DNA of 63,716 nt, counting the filler, from Asterionella formosa (lineage: Eukaryota): NCBI GenBank assembly GCA_002256025.1. It is 7 parts of 7 records of this genome, joined end to end, with 100 filler letters (N's around TTAATTAATTAA, not from the genome) between each part and the next. Parts side by side here need not be neighbours in the genome. Positions count along the whole stretch, not along the records: positions 1 to 19,451 come from NKIB01003672.1; 6 more parts are not named here. One strand, given 5' to 3'. Within the stretch, counting starts at the first letter, position 1, and each line of letters begins with the position of its first letter. The notes under the pieces were generated by a model. It worked only from the letters and a program-made list of their open reading frames with translations. It had not been told where the DNA came from and did no database searches. The position numbers and the translations under genes were made by a program. Shown here in pieces: positions 1 through 13,109 of the stretch.

Positions 1-35
1 AAGAAATTTACTTAGGTCCATTATAAGGGAAATCT

Positions 36-127
36 CTTCATTGTCCTGGGCCCCCCTTAAGTAAAATCAGTCAAATTCAGTCACGGCAGTGTACATTGGG
101 GGGTCCAGGACAATGAAGTATACGGTA
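36..127 (-). mobile_element. Terminus of a Tc1/mariner(pogo)-like DNA transposon or MITE, with a subterminal inverted copy of the TIR
   Basis: The reverse complement of 98-127 is TA|CCGTATACTTCATTGTCCTGGACCCCCC, identical to the ends at 19301 and 41841. An inverted copy with 1 mismatch lies at 36-56. A flanking TA plus a CCGTAT terminus is pogo-like. Confidence 0.7.
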
Positions 128-384
128 TCTACATATTGAATCGAATGAATCAAAGCAGTACATGGTACCAGAGAAAACTCAGAATTCGAAAACAATCTAC
201 CAGTACATCGCCAGTAAAACCCATAATTCTACTAAAAGTTTTTAGTAGAATTACCAGCCAGGAAGCGCCGTAACATCACAATCAACAACAGGTGGAACAT
301 GATGGAGAGTCCAGAGACAAGATTTGAGGGTACCTGGTACCAGATCATGCAGAGTCTGAAGAAGTCGCACAAGGCGCATAATGA

Positions 385-3300
385 GTGGCAAAGGAAAGTT
401 TACCAGCCAAGAAGGCTCAGACCAAGGGCAAGTTTCAAGCCAAGGGAGGAAGCAATAATGCTTCTCACACCAACAAGAAGTCTGTTAATGACTACAACTA
501 CTACCTTGGATTGGCGAAGCAGGCATCTGACTATGAGATTACTACTGAGTGCCTCATTAACTACATCAAGAAAGTGTTTGACTATGGCAACAGCATAGGA
601 ACTGTGCTTGAGTTCTTATTAGAACCAATGAGCACATCGGCATGGAAGCCAAGCATGCAAGTGAGCCTTGCAACCACAGATGAAGATCACTCCGCAGAGA
701 ATCGGCAATATGAGATTGAATTCAAAGCCGATTATGACGCCTTCGGTAAAAGGGTACAGACCTATGAAAATAACAATACCAAGGCATATGAAGAATTGCT
801 CTGGGAAAGATGCAACAAGGCTATGAAAAACAAGATTGAAGCAAGATCGGATTATGTTAAAATCAAAAATAATCCAATAACCTTGCTTGCTTATTTCGAT
901 TAAAGAACATGCATTAAATATTCAAGAGAATCGATGTTCAATGTTGATCATTTTAGAGCAGTGAGAACGCTTTTATTTACAAAGCAAAAAGAAGGAGAAA
1001 GTCTACAAGACTGCATCAAGAGATTTCGGGTGGCACGAGATGTGCTCAAGTCACACATGGGAGGACCCACTATCCTCACCAAGTTTGTTGAAGCCATGGA
1101 TAGGTACAACAAGACCGACATCAAGTTACGAGATAAATTTCGTGAACAAGCTTTCAGTCAATTTCTGGCCTATTTATACCTCGATAAAGCGGATAAAGCC
1201 AAATATGGATCAATTATGACCGGGCTGAACACTCAACAGTCGCTCGGAAATGATCAATACCCGAAGAGTATCACCAAATCAAATAATGTTCTTGATAACC
1301 ATAGGTTCGACGTAACAAATAAACCCAACAGTCACAAGAAACCAGGAGATCATAATAAAGACAGGGAACAAAAGGATGCAGGGAAGGAAGATGAAGATCT
1401 GAACTTATCATTTGCACAGTTAGAAGGAAAATGTTACTGCTGTGGAAGAGCTGGACATAAATCACCATCATGTTGCGATAAGAATAAACCCAAAGAGGAA
1501 TCGACAATCAACAAGGCCCAACAAAGTCATGCACAGGCACAGGCACAGGCACATGCAACTACATTGGACACGAGTACGGCTACCTCTGTTACTTCCAACA
1601 ACCCAATGTCATCACAAGCTTCACAACAAGCAAATGTCAATCGAGCTGGATGGGCGGGAGCTCATATCACTACAATTTTATCAAGCATCTGAGATGCATG
1701 ACTGGATACTACTTGATAATCAATCAAGTGTCACAGTCTTTTGCAATCCAAAAATGGTTGAAAACATTCGAATGTCGACCAATGGAAGCATGCACCTAGC
1801 CACAAATGGTGGATCCATGGTCACTTTCATGAAGGCTGATCTTCCACAACGGGTAGAAGTATTATTCAATGACAAGGCAATCACTAACATCTTCAGTTAT
1901 GCCGAAATGGCAGATAGGTACAGGATTACCTACTATGACTCTGAAAAGGAAGATGCATTTATTGTTCATTCGCCTGACAAACCAGTTTGATTTTAAAGAA
2001 TTGGAATGAACCTGTATGTATTCAAGCCTCCTACATCTATAAAGGCTGAAAATGCTTTAATTTTTAATACAGTTGAAGAAAACAAAACTTTCTTCACTGA
2101 ACGTAAATTTGAGAGAGCCAAGCGAGCTCATGATCTATATCATGTCTTGGTGGGCACTCCATTGATTAACGATTTCAAGGCAATGATTTGTATGAATACA
2201 ATCAACAAAAACCCTGTGACTACCGATGATATCAAGATTGCCAAGAAAATTTTCGGACCTGACATCGGAACACTAAAAGGCAAGACAACTTGTTGCAAGC
2301 CGCTGACAGGCGTGGATGACCACATCGAGCGAGATTCCTAAGGAGCTTATAAAAGCTCAACGCGAAGTGACTCTTCGCATGGATCGAATGAAAGTGATTG
2401 GACAATCATTTCTCACAACAATTTCTCGAAAAATTATGTCTAGGACAGCGCAATGAGTCAAAAGTCAGACAGCAGATGTCTATCAAGATGCTTTGACTCA
2501 GGTATTCCGTGTTTATAATGCCAGAGAAAATAGAATTACAACAATCCACTGCAACAGGCGGGGCAAGCAATGAGTTTTGACCTTTGATGGAACCACTTTC
2601 CAATGAAATTCATGTCACTATGAATTACGCAAACCCACAAGAACATGTTCCTGAAGTGGAGCGAAATAATCAAGTAATTAAAGAATGCGTACGCGCAGGT
2701 TATCACCGATTGCCTTTCAAGCATTTGCAGCGGCTGATGATTAAGATCCCAGTCACAGAATCTGCAAAGAAACTGAATTTTTCCCGGCAAAGAATGGGAT
2801 ATCACTGCATTACAGTCCTTATATGATTCTACATCAACAAAACCTGGACTATGCTCGACATTGCCAGTATACATTTGGGACTTATGTCCAAGCACATGAA
2901 GAACAACCTGTGTTTCAAACACCAATGCACCATGCAGCCTAGATTGCATTTATCTATGCTACAATGACAACGTGCAAGGAGGTCATGATTTACTACACCT
3001 ACCAACAAATTCATTGATCACTAGACATATAGTTTCTCCTCTATCACTTTACCCAGCATCATAAATCAAGTACACGCCCTTGTTGTGCCGGAAAATATGC
3101 CAGACGGTCTCAAGATATCTAATCGAATGGAACAACTATTTTATGTTAGTGCTTGGATTGCAAGAGTGGATTATGACAATGAAGCATTCGAAGATGAAAG
3201 TTATGAAGATCAACAAGCTAGTGATGATGAAAGAAATGTTGAACTTCTCGTAGAAGACTATGATGAAATGGCTTTGGATGAAATAAATGAGGCAGAACAG

Positions 3301-5090
3301 TTCGAGTTGAACAATATCCAAGAGGATGACCCTGAACCTGAGTGCAAAAATGAAAATAACTTTGATATGAATGCTGGTGAAATCCAAGATGCGAATGAAG
3401 AACCAGTAAATGAAAATGAGAATGAAGAGTCAATGATAGAAAAAGAAGTTAATCCAAGCACTGAAGATGACACAGACCAAAATGTTAGAACAAAAAGGTC
3501 TGGAAGGGTCTCAAGACTACCAACAAAATTAACTACGGTCCAACATCACTTGCATACCCAAGCACACTGTCAAGAAGAATACACAACTGATAATGCGAAA
3601 GTGATCGCAATGACAAGCAATGTGTTGTTATATTAATGAGATGTCTTTCAATAAAGAAGCATTTCACTTTGTTCAGCAGTCATACAGTTTATCAAAAGGC
3701 CTCAAGAAATTTGGCCACAAAGGAAGGTATGCTGCATACAAGGAAATGAAACAACTACATAATAGAGTTGTATTTGAACCGATTAAGGTTGCAGACCTAA
3801 CAGTTTAAGCGATGCGCATTGGAAAGTCTTTTCTTTTGTTGAAAAGAGAGACAAGAGTCGTATTAAAGGCAGAGCTTGTGCCAACGGCCGTTGAAGAGAT
3901 GAAGCAGCTCGTTCAACTACCATGACTGAATCTGTTGTGATAACAGCAACAATTGATGCAAAGCAAAATCGCAATTTCATGACAGCAGATATAACCAATG
4001 CATTTGGTATGCACGTGGATATCGACAAGAAAGAAAAAGGGGAATGAATCATGATTATGAAGGTTAGATGTTTACTTGCCAATATGTTGACGGAACTCAG
4101 CCCCGAGACTCATGAAAAATATGTTGTTTATGAAGGCAACAACAAGGTCCTAAATGTTAGGATGATCAAGGCATTATATGGCATGTTACGATGATCATTG
4201 TTATATTACAAGAATTTTCGGAAGGATATTGAGTCAATTGGATTCAAAGTCAATCCATATGATCTGTGCGTTGCAAATCGCATTTTTAATGGCAAACAGC
4301 ACACAGTTACTTGGCACATAGACGATTTGAAATCTAGTCACGACGTGGACAGCAAAGTGAACGATCAATTTTTGGAATAGCTCAAAAATATATACGCTTC
4401 TGACAAAATTGGTGAAGTCAAGTTCATGCGTGGAAATAAGCATGATTGTTTCGAGATGACACAAGATTATTCTCTTCCAACAGTGTTGAGGGTGGATATC
4501 ACAAAATATGTAAAATCAATGATTGATTATTTTCCAGATTTCTATGCACAGATAAACTGTTCACAGTTGATATGAAATCAAAGAAGCTTGAACATGAGAA
4601 GGCAAAAATATTTCATACTTTTGTTATGAAAGGAATGTTCCGTTGTAAGCGATGAAGACAGGACATTCAACCAGGAATTGCATTTCTGGCAACATGAACT
4701 ACTGAGCCAAGAAAATGAAGACGATTGGGTAAAATAAGTCAAGATTACGAATTTCTTGACAGCAACTCAGAATAATGTTGCATCTATGAGTGCTGATGAC
4801 ACTCAGAGTTTTAAATGGTACGTTGATGCAGCGTTTGCAGTACACAAAGATTTCAAAAGTCAGACAGGAGCTACATTTTCACTTGGAAACGGAATTATTT
4901 GTTCTTTGTCTACAAAAAGAAAGTGGACACGAGAAGTCCGACTGAAGCAGAATTGGTTGGTGTTGATGACATTATATCAAAGGTGTTGTGGACGAATTTA
5001 TTTATTGAATTTATTTATTGAAGCACAAGGACACAAAGTGACTAAGAATGTCATTTATCGTGACAAAACTAGCGCAATGAAGCTAAAGCT
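385..5090 (+). mobile_element. Degenerate Ty1/copia LTR retrotransposon (CoDi-like), gag-pol broken by stops and frameshifts
   Basis: Gag zinc knuckle CYCCGRAGHKSPSC; protease WILLDNQSSVTVFCN; integrase pieces NPVTTDDIKIAKKIFGPDIGTLKGKT and EHVPEVERNNQVIKE; RT GFKVNPYD..V and WHIDDLK; RNase H WYVDAAFAVHKDFKS. Order PR-IN-RT-RH. LTRs not identified and ends approximate. Confidence 0.92.
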
Positions 5091-5109
5091 GGCCTGTTGG
5101 TCTCATGTC

Positions 5110-5480
5110 CTTGTCACTACGCACTGTTGCAGACAAAAGATTGCACTATAACAAATGGCACGCATTATGATAAGGTTTGAAAGCCAGGGAGCTTCAGAAA
5201 GTTATGGACCATTTCTCTACAAAGACTTTTATCAATGCAATCGAAAATAACATTATTCCCAACTGTCCTGTCACAATCAAAGACATATGGCTGCAGAGGA
5301 TATCTTCAGCCCAACATTGGGGTCCCTAAAATGAAAAACTCTACATCGCACAGGATACCGGTATTACCCTGGCAGGAGTAGACCTAATGTAGTTTAACAA
5401 GATTGCATTCTTTATACTATCAGTCTCTGTCACATTGGTTTCGGAACCACTGAGTGAATCAGTAACGCTCTTGAACAGCA
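5110..5480 (+). mobile_element. Fragment of another copia element (pre-integrase region)
   Basis: Translates to KARELQKVMDHFSTKTFINAIENNIIPNCPVTIKDI..AEDIF...GSLK, paralogous to 2110-2290. Confidence 0.7.
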
Positions 5481-5488
5481 TTCGACCA

Positions 5489-6278
5489 ATGGTCCATTAC
5501 ACTTTTTGCATAAAAGCGTCCGAAAATGCATAATGAGTTAGTTGGGCGGGGCAACTCGGGATTTTCAATATTAATTTCTATCAATGATAGAAACTTTCCT
5601 AACTAAATTTTCAATGACTTTTTTAGCTGCTTAGTATATTGAAAATCGAAAAAAATAAATAAATTTGTACTACAGTAAGAAATCGGATGCATAATGTATC
5701 AGATGTACTACGTTTTCGACATGGAACACATCATACATACAACATAACTTGTATATACTTTGAACAGTCCGTATATATAGCGTTACAGATCATATATTCT
5801 TGGCATACATACTACTGGGTACCGGGGTACTACCATTACTTGCATGTGTGTTTGTACAGCTGCCTGTGGTATGGAGTCGATGAGACAGCAACTGCATCTT
5901 GACCATGACGAAATTATGGAATTGAATATCTTCACGAATATTGACAATGATCTATTCCTACTTCGCACGTGTAAGTAGACTAACATAGAAGATATTATAG
6001 TGGAATAATAGAAATTTTGCACTAGCATTGACAACAAAAAGTTGAAATCGGCGCTGGAAGTTGTTTTGGTCCTCATTTGCTCAGTTTTGAAGAAATGACC
6101 AAAACGAGACAGTGTTGAGTCCACAGTGATAAGCTTGATAACATTGACAAGATAAGGTTTTCTATGCTTTGAAGAAATAGTTGAGAAAACTTGAGCGACA
6201 GTATTCTCGGAGAGGTCACAACATCTCAAGATGCAAGAAATACCTCTACGTCAATTTTGTAGTGAGTTTCATGTAAGC
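5489..6278 (+). mobile_element. One end of a long-TIR DNA transposon family, copy 1
   Basis: About 790 bp colinear with 28468-29279. Starts GGTCCATTACACTTTTTGCATAAAAG, whose inverted homologue lies at ~14770-14922. Confidence 0.75.
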
Positions 6279-6419
6279 ACTAGCTAATTGGTGTCGCGGT
6301 CCATATTTCTATGGAATCTTGATTTGGTCATTTGACAGTTTACTATACTAGTAGACATACTTACAGCCATTCATTAATACACTGCTTGTTCTTTACGCAA
6401 ATAAAAACTTTGCATCGCG

Positions 6420-9400
6420 GAACTGCAACTGAAGGTGAGCATCATGAAAGGGTTGGAAACAATGAAACCCTTAAGGCAACAGTAATTGGTTATTTTACGC
6501 TAGAGCAGAAGGACACAAGGAAAACAATGAAATTGGAAAAAGTCATGGTTGTTCCTGGTTTTGCTCGAAATTCGATAAGTGTCGGCAGGTTGACGAAGAA
6601 AGAAAACGAGTTTGTGGCTGGAAAAGATGGATCCAAGATATTAATGAGTCCTCTGGTGATACTATCATGAATTTTGAGACAGGAACTGATGATATGGCTT
6701 ATCTGATTGCAAAGAGTGTTAATGGAGCAAAAGCGTTCTACAATATTGAAGAAATGAAAAATAATGGTGAAGAAACAGAAGGGAGAAGTAATGAACATCG
6801 AGGCCCAGCACAGAAAATTTTGGCATGCACTGAAAAAGTGGTGCGAAAAAATGCTGCAAGCACTTGAGATCGTCATACCAATTGGAAAAATGTCGGTATG
6901 CAACCAAAGCTGTGCACAACAAGCAAATGCTAGTACCAAGAAAACAACAAATAAGGTGACTACGTATGGAGCAAGAAAAAATGGCATAACATACTATCTA
7001 CGGTGTGACAATATGGGCAAGCATATGTTTGATCTACGAAAAATATGTGAAGGGGAATATGGAATTCAGTTAGACAAGGACACAGCTCTCCCCACACCAC
7101 TCCAAAATGGAATCGTGGTTTTCACTTGCCGCAAAGCGTGGACTGGAAATGATGATATCTGCTGCATGGACAAAAGAGGCAGGTGCAAGCTAAATTATGG
7201 TCTGGGAGGCGCGATAAAGACTGCAGAAATAATGGGAAATTCCCTTCCAAATACACGAAGTTCAGTACCACCTGATGAGTTATTTTATGGAAAACCAAGT
7301 GACATATACAGACACTTGATTGAGATTGGAAGAGTTCTTGGCTATGCTACAAACAGGTCTGCAATGAAAGGGAAGTTCAAAGAAAAATCAAATCCTGTGG
7401 TAAAAACCACCCCAGCAATGTGTCTCATTTCTTAAATCCAGTAACCAGTTAAGTGGGTGAAAAAAAGGGGTATTCATGCTTGGGCAAACATACCAAATGC
7501 TACCAATGATATCATATTGATCTTGAGTTGATTTTGGAGGAGCCAGAACGACCTCCAGAAGTGATTGAAGAGCCTGAAGGCAGTCCTCCTGTCCAAATAA
7601 TACCCACTTATCATGAGGATGAATTGGTGGCGTCCATATCAAACCTGGATTTTCCATTGTCTGTAGCAGGGAGGATGTATGAGGAGGAAAAGAAAACTTG
7701 ACGAAAAAGGCTCAAGAATTGAGCAAGAAAATTCTGATGAAAACGAATAGGGAGATGAAGAGAGTGATGAGTCAAATTTGATGCAAAGAGACGGCAGTGA
7801 TGATGATGACTTGCCAGAATTTCATCTGAGACCAAATGCTCCAGAAATGGAGACTTGTGGAGCAGATGATGACGCCATGGAAACTGGTGAGCAAGATGAG
7901 AATGAAACGGCTAGTAGTAGGACGAGGAATCGAAGTCGTGCCAATCATAATTGAGGATGATGAAAATGGAATAAGGACACGCAATAAAAGACGGATCAAG
8001 TGGCATTAAATGCAAGAATAGTTTCAGATCCTGGAGAAGCCATGGATGGTACTAACGGTGACAAGTGAGAACCATCAGCAAGAGCAGAAATCAACAACTT
8101 TTTATGAAGCGATGCATGGCGTAAGTTTCCAAGAGAAAATTTGAAGGACCATAAGCCCCATACCCGTGAAATGGATATTCAAGAAGGTGGAGGAACAAGA
8201 CGGTTCTCAAAGGTTCAAGAGCAGAATTGTCCTGAAAGGCCATGTATGCAGAATTTCTAGAAGGCATGGTAGAACTCGGATTTATCACAGAAGAAGAAAA
8301 GAAGAAGTTTGTTTACATGCTTACAAGAGCCATGTATGGTGGATTCGATGTCCCAAGACTTTTTATGAAGACACTGAGCAAATACTTAACGAAGGAAATG
8401 AAGATGACTCAGAGCTTGGTAAATCCATGTTTATTTTACTCAGAGCGTGGTAGATGCATGTTTATATTACTGGAAGAGTAAAGTGGATAAATTCATTCTA
8501 ATGGCTGTGGTACGCACACGTTGATGACGTTTATTGATTGGAACAAAGACAATGATTGAAAAGTTCAAGTTGTAATTTCAGAAGTGGTTCAATATTTCGG
8601 ATTTGGGAAGATTGAAGACGAAGCATCTTGGCGTATGGTATGAATGGAAAACTGATAATAATGCTGAAATCTACACTGTGGCTAGTATGACAAAGTTGGA
8701 GGATGAATTTGTTGATTCATTCGAAAATATAATTGGGAAGAATGTTAAGGAGACAGAGACACCAGGATATCCAAACAATTTCCTCAGGACAAATCACGGA
8801 GAACCAATAAAATGACGGAATACTGTGGTTCCATGGTTGGGAAAGAGTGTATTTGATGACAAAGTTGTCGTATTTGATGACAAAGTTGACGCCAGATCTG
8901 GCAAAACCAGCGCAAGTGTTGGCATGGCGCAACATCTGGCAAATCTAGGCGAGGACCACTGGAAAGCACTTGAAAGATGATTGGTTGGACACATTAAAGC
9001 AAGATACTATGATGGGCGGGTTGTTGACATATTGGAGCCCAAAGAAGCTGATGCCTACATCATTTGTGGACTCAGAATTTACAAAGAATAGTATTGATGA
9101 CAGGAAGAGTGTTTTGTCTGGTCTACATTGGTGAACTGTGAGTCGAAGACACAACATGTAGTTACATTGACAGGCACAGAAGCTTATGCATATCATCTGA
9201 GAACAAATTGATATCCATGATACTTGAAGAAGTGATGCAATATCCAAAAGAGGAGAAATTGGGAAATTGGTTGGGCGTGTAAACAAAGACATTTAGGAGC
9301 TATCTATTTGGTATTTGATAAAGAACCAACTTGTGGGTGCATGGACAAAGCATATCGGTGTCAGGGCAAATTTCATCCAAGAACTTGAAGATCAGGGATA

Positions 9401-9535
9401 TTTGATGATCATGGTACAGTTTGTATAATCAGAAGAGAACTCAGCTGACATACTAAACAAGAATGGTCCAGAGAAGTTGCACACAAAGCACGCATCAAGG
9501 ATAAGGAATAGGAATCTTGAATGTTGGAGGGAGGA
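6420..9535 (+). mobile_element. Second, different degenerate Ty1/copia element (pol region)
   Basis: Protease end VVPGFARNSISVG; integrase YLRCDN..TPLQNG; RT KWIFKK..DGSQRFKSRIVLKG and HVDD; RNase H FVDSEF and KHIGVRANFIQEL; polypurine tract GGAGGGAGGA at 9526-9535. Confidence 0.85.
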
Positions 9536-10005
9536 TGTTGAGGAAATACGACTTCTGTTAGCAGCAGACAGAAGTGTAACTAGTACTGCAATGACTGCAC
9601 AGCAGTCGGAATGACCAACGGTCATGAGGAATTCCATGGGACACCAAGAAGGTCAGTTCAGGAAAATATACGGGATTCGTAAATGGAATAGCAATTCTTA
9701 TAGGAGATCAAGTCCAACTGCAAGATTAACTCATAAGACTGAAACGATTGGAATCACAAATCTTATGAAATCGACCAATGAGAAAGAGTGGATTGAGGTG
9801 ATGAACAAGTCCAAGAAAGTAAGATTCATGAAACAAGATCAATTTGGTAAGACCACCAAGTAATTTGGCAAGATTGATAGAAAAATTAATCTGAAGTAAT
9901 CACAACATGATTAAAAAAGGCAAATCTAAAAGCAGATTAAAGTGTTGTCGAAAACTAGCTAGTGGAGAACTAGTCGTAGTACTGGAGATCTGGAACATCT
10001 CAACA
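9536..10005 (+). repeat. Probable 3' LTR of the second copia element
   Basis: Follows the PPT directly and is bounded by a perfect 7-bp inverted repeat TGTTGAG...CTCAACA. No second LTR copy is in the window. Confidence 0.65.
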
Positions 10006-10550
10006 TATGTCTGCAGAGGATTATCTCACCAAGGCTATCCCAATTATTGAGGAAGCTTGGGACAAGAAACTACGCCAAAGGGCGTCCTCATCCCTACTAC
10101 CAGCTGCATACCATCCCAAGATTGATGTCAGCCTCCTATTGAGTGAGGATGATGCTTTATATTGGGATCCTAGGAGTACAATGCATGGGCAACTGAGTTA
10201 GCATGAATTGATTTAATGCATTCGGTTGCACTCATGTTGAGATTTAGGATCACTCCACGTGAGGGACACATGGAGGCAGTGCTTCAAATATTTGGTTATG
10301 TGAAAGGGCACCTGCAGTCTCAGCTCGACTTTGATCCAGGCAGCTTCCAGGGATTGGGCGGACTACAGTTGATTGGTATGACCATGGTGCTGATTGGAAA
10401 GAATTCTACTGGTACCCTGATGCTGATGAGTTACGTTTCCACCAAGGGCACCAGAGGCTCCTTGGGAATGAGGTACAGATCAACATCTTTGGTGATGCTT
10501 AACATGCGACCTGCCTTGCTACTCACAGATCAACGACAGGCAGGGTATGT
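10006..10550 (+). mobile_element. Fragment of a further copia RT/RNase H
   Basis: MSAEDYLTKAI..YHPKIDVS..PREGHMEAVLQIFGYVK..FDP and FGDA.HA...RSTTG motifs, frameshifted. Confidence 0.8.
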
Positions 10551-10863
10551 GTAGTCCTGCGAGGTCAGTCTCGTGATATGCAGGCGACCGGTACAAACCG
10601 TTCGTACAAATAAGTTGACATTTGACCCTCTCGATTTAAGTCTGTTGTCCGGAATATTTCTAGTTTTCCTATCCAAGAAAGAGGTCGGGACTGATGGTCG
10701 TCGCTAGGTATTTTTATGTGATTTCCTTCAATAGCGCTAATTAGAACATTAGGTTCTGTATTCTCCCATCGTCGGTTTGATAGGAGAATTAGTCGACCAC
10801 CGGGCACCTGCACTTTGCATTTCCCACCCTTCACCAGAAAACGAACAGGAAAGAATAGAAGTG

Positions 10864-12135
10864 ATGAAGAATCCCAATCAATTCATTGCTTTGTCATTGT
10901 TATTCGCGGTGGTGATCGTCATTCAGATTCGGAAAATGCAATTTAATCTACAACAAACCCTGCAAACACTAAGGAATGAAACCGTAAGAGGCGAACGCGC
11001 TGAAGTAAAAATGCCAGCAATCGAATTACTGCCATTTGCCAACATGTCATCCGTAGATTATTTCCCATGTTGTGGTCTTGGTCATCGATTGTCTCGCATG
11101 GCAGATGCGGCATATGTTGCAAAAAGATTCAATTTCTCTCTCCGCACTTTTTGGGGTCGATGCAATCACGTGGAGGTTTACAATCATCTGTTTGAAAAAC
11201 CCCAGCCAGAAGACTTTCCACTTGTGACCAATCAACATGAGTTCCTACGAATTGATAATGGCATTTTTGACATCTCAACTTGGCATCGAGATACTACTAT
11301 AATCGGAAATGAATCATGCCAGCACGATGACAAGATTGCTTCCGACTTTGAATTCTACTCCAGATTGCGACGTAAATTTAGGATGAGAGAAAAAGTCGAA
11401 TCATTTAGGAAGGATAACTTTGAAGGATTTACTGTTATAGGAATTCATATTCGGGCAGGAAATGGCGAGACTGGCCATTTCGTTGCGGCTAATCGAGCAA
11501 TCGACAACCTTGAAGTTTGGATATCAAATGTTTCTCAAACCTTGATTGAATTTACAAACAAAACTAAGATGGCCAAGCCTCCCCTCCTCTTCATTGCAAC
11601 GGACACAACTTCAATTGTCGGAAATTTCAGCCAGGAACTTAAGGGTGTCATGTCTGTAAAGGAACTACCCCAAATCCGAAAGAGGGAAGGTGAAGGGGTT
11701 TAATTTGGACAGCAAGGTAAGATTGAGAAATCCGGCGATGCATGTTTATCTGGATGGGAATCCGTAGTCATGGACATGATTCTGCTGAGCTATGCCGATG
11801 TAGTCATTGCAGCACGATACAGTTCAATGACACAGACAATGCCCATGTCACTAGCATTAGGTCAAACACAACGAATAATGGAGCATTCATTTTGTGAAAT
11901 GGACCAACCTGGATCATCGATGCGTTGCTACAAGAATATCAGGGAATGGTATTGCCACCCGCAAACATCCAATGTCTTTGGAATGGAATCACAGTTTCGA
12001 CCACACAACATTGTAATATTTCACCCTCCAATGGACTTTGACTGGGATAGTCTACGTAATGATACGATGCCAAGAGGTGAAAATTGCATGGATACATATT
12101 GCATTCCAGCCAATGCATCAAATTATGTGCAATAA
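10864..12135 (+). pseudogene. Type II membrane fucosyltransferase-like glycosyltransferase with one in-frame TAA (11701-11703)
   Basis: N-terminal TM FIALSLLFAVVIVIQI; motif I VIGIHIRAG; motif II LFIATD; motif III DMILLSYADVVIAARYSS. ORFs 10777-11703 and 11770-12135 are in the same frame, and the stretch between them is open. Confidence 0.75.
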
Positions 12136-12329
12136 TTGAGTATGATCTACATACAATTCATACTAATGAGCACGAAGGGTTGGAGCTATGTGCAGTATTT
12201 TGAACCATCAAGAATCACCAATTTGTTGATAAATATTTCTTGTTTGTTTTTACATCGTGTGTAAATCAATCCCAAAAAATTCTTTATTCCTTGTAGGAGT
12301 ACACTAACAGAGCATTCACAGCCTTATGA

Positions 12330-12914
12330 CTAGGTGCACTTACTGTAGTGTGCCAGTACCAAGTCAGTCACAGTCGTCGCCAGGTCATTTGGGATGGGAA
12401 AGCTTAAATGGTACTGCAAAATCTTCCAACTGTCTCCTTCCAGCCTCAAGCTCCCAGTGCCCCTGGCACGCCCAAAGCGTTCGCTGGACAGTTGCTCATC
12501 AAAGCATGCGATCGTACCATCGTAGAGAGTCACGTTGCGCTTCACGCATGCATATGACCATCCCTTCCCACATTGAAATGCGGGTTCAGCGTAACACCGG
12601 AATTCCGTCATATTCCAGTTTTCGGATGGATCTGTTCCTATAAAGTGGCCGTCTGAGGAAAAGCAGTCAAAATAAGCGTCAATCTTGGCGTTTGCCGCAG
12701 CCGAGTGAAGTGTGTCTAGAAGCTGGTCAATGTCTGATGGATCTGGATCTTCATCAGTGGCTGCAACTTTCGACATGAACGCGTTACTGTATTGGCCCTT
12801 GATGTAGAAGGAATTGAGGCGTCTCCAATGACGATTTGTATCAAGTAATGAGAACCGAAAGGACCAAACTTGGCGAAATGTTAATAAGCTGAGGACAACG
12901 ACAGCCAAAGGCAT
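12330..12914 (-). CDS. SnoaL-like/NTF2-fold protein with signal peptide (possible plastid targeting)
   Basis: LDTLHSAAANAKIDAYF..FIGTDPSENW..RGTG..WKILQYHLSFPIPND resembles bacterial SnoaL_3 proteins. Hydrophobic N-terminus ending VWS|F. Confidence 0.85.
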   Translation of the reverse strand: MPLAVVVLSLLTFRQVWSFRFSLLDTNRHWRRLNSFYIKGQYSNAFMSKVAATDEDPDPSDIDQLLDTLHSAAANAKIDAYFDCFSSDGHFIGTDPSENWNMTEFRCYAEPAFQCGKGWSYACVKRNVTLYDGTIACFDEQLSSERFGRARGTGSLRLEGDSWKILQYHLSFPIPNDLATTVTDLVLAHYSKCT

Positions 12915-13109
12915 TCACATGAAGTTCTTGGTCGCGGCATTTTATGAAGCAAGACTCTCAATACACCAAGGCAAATTCCGGAATATAGATTTATTGGTAC
13001 CTGGTACCTGATGTTAGCACGCGGTACCAGTGTACTACGATACGACCCTGATATTTGGTATGTAACTCCAGAGGATACCATTACATACCAGTACCTGGGA
13101 CTACCACAT

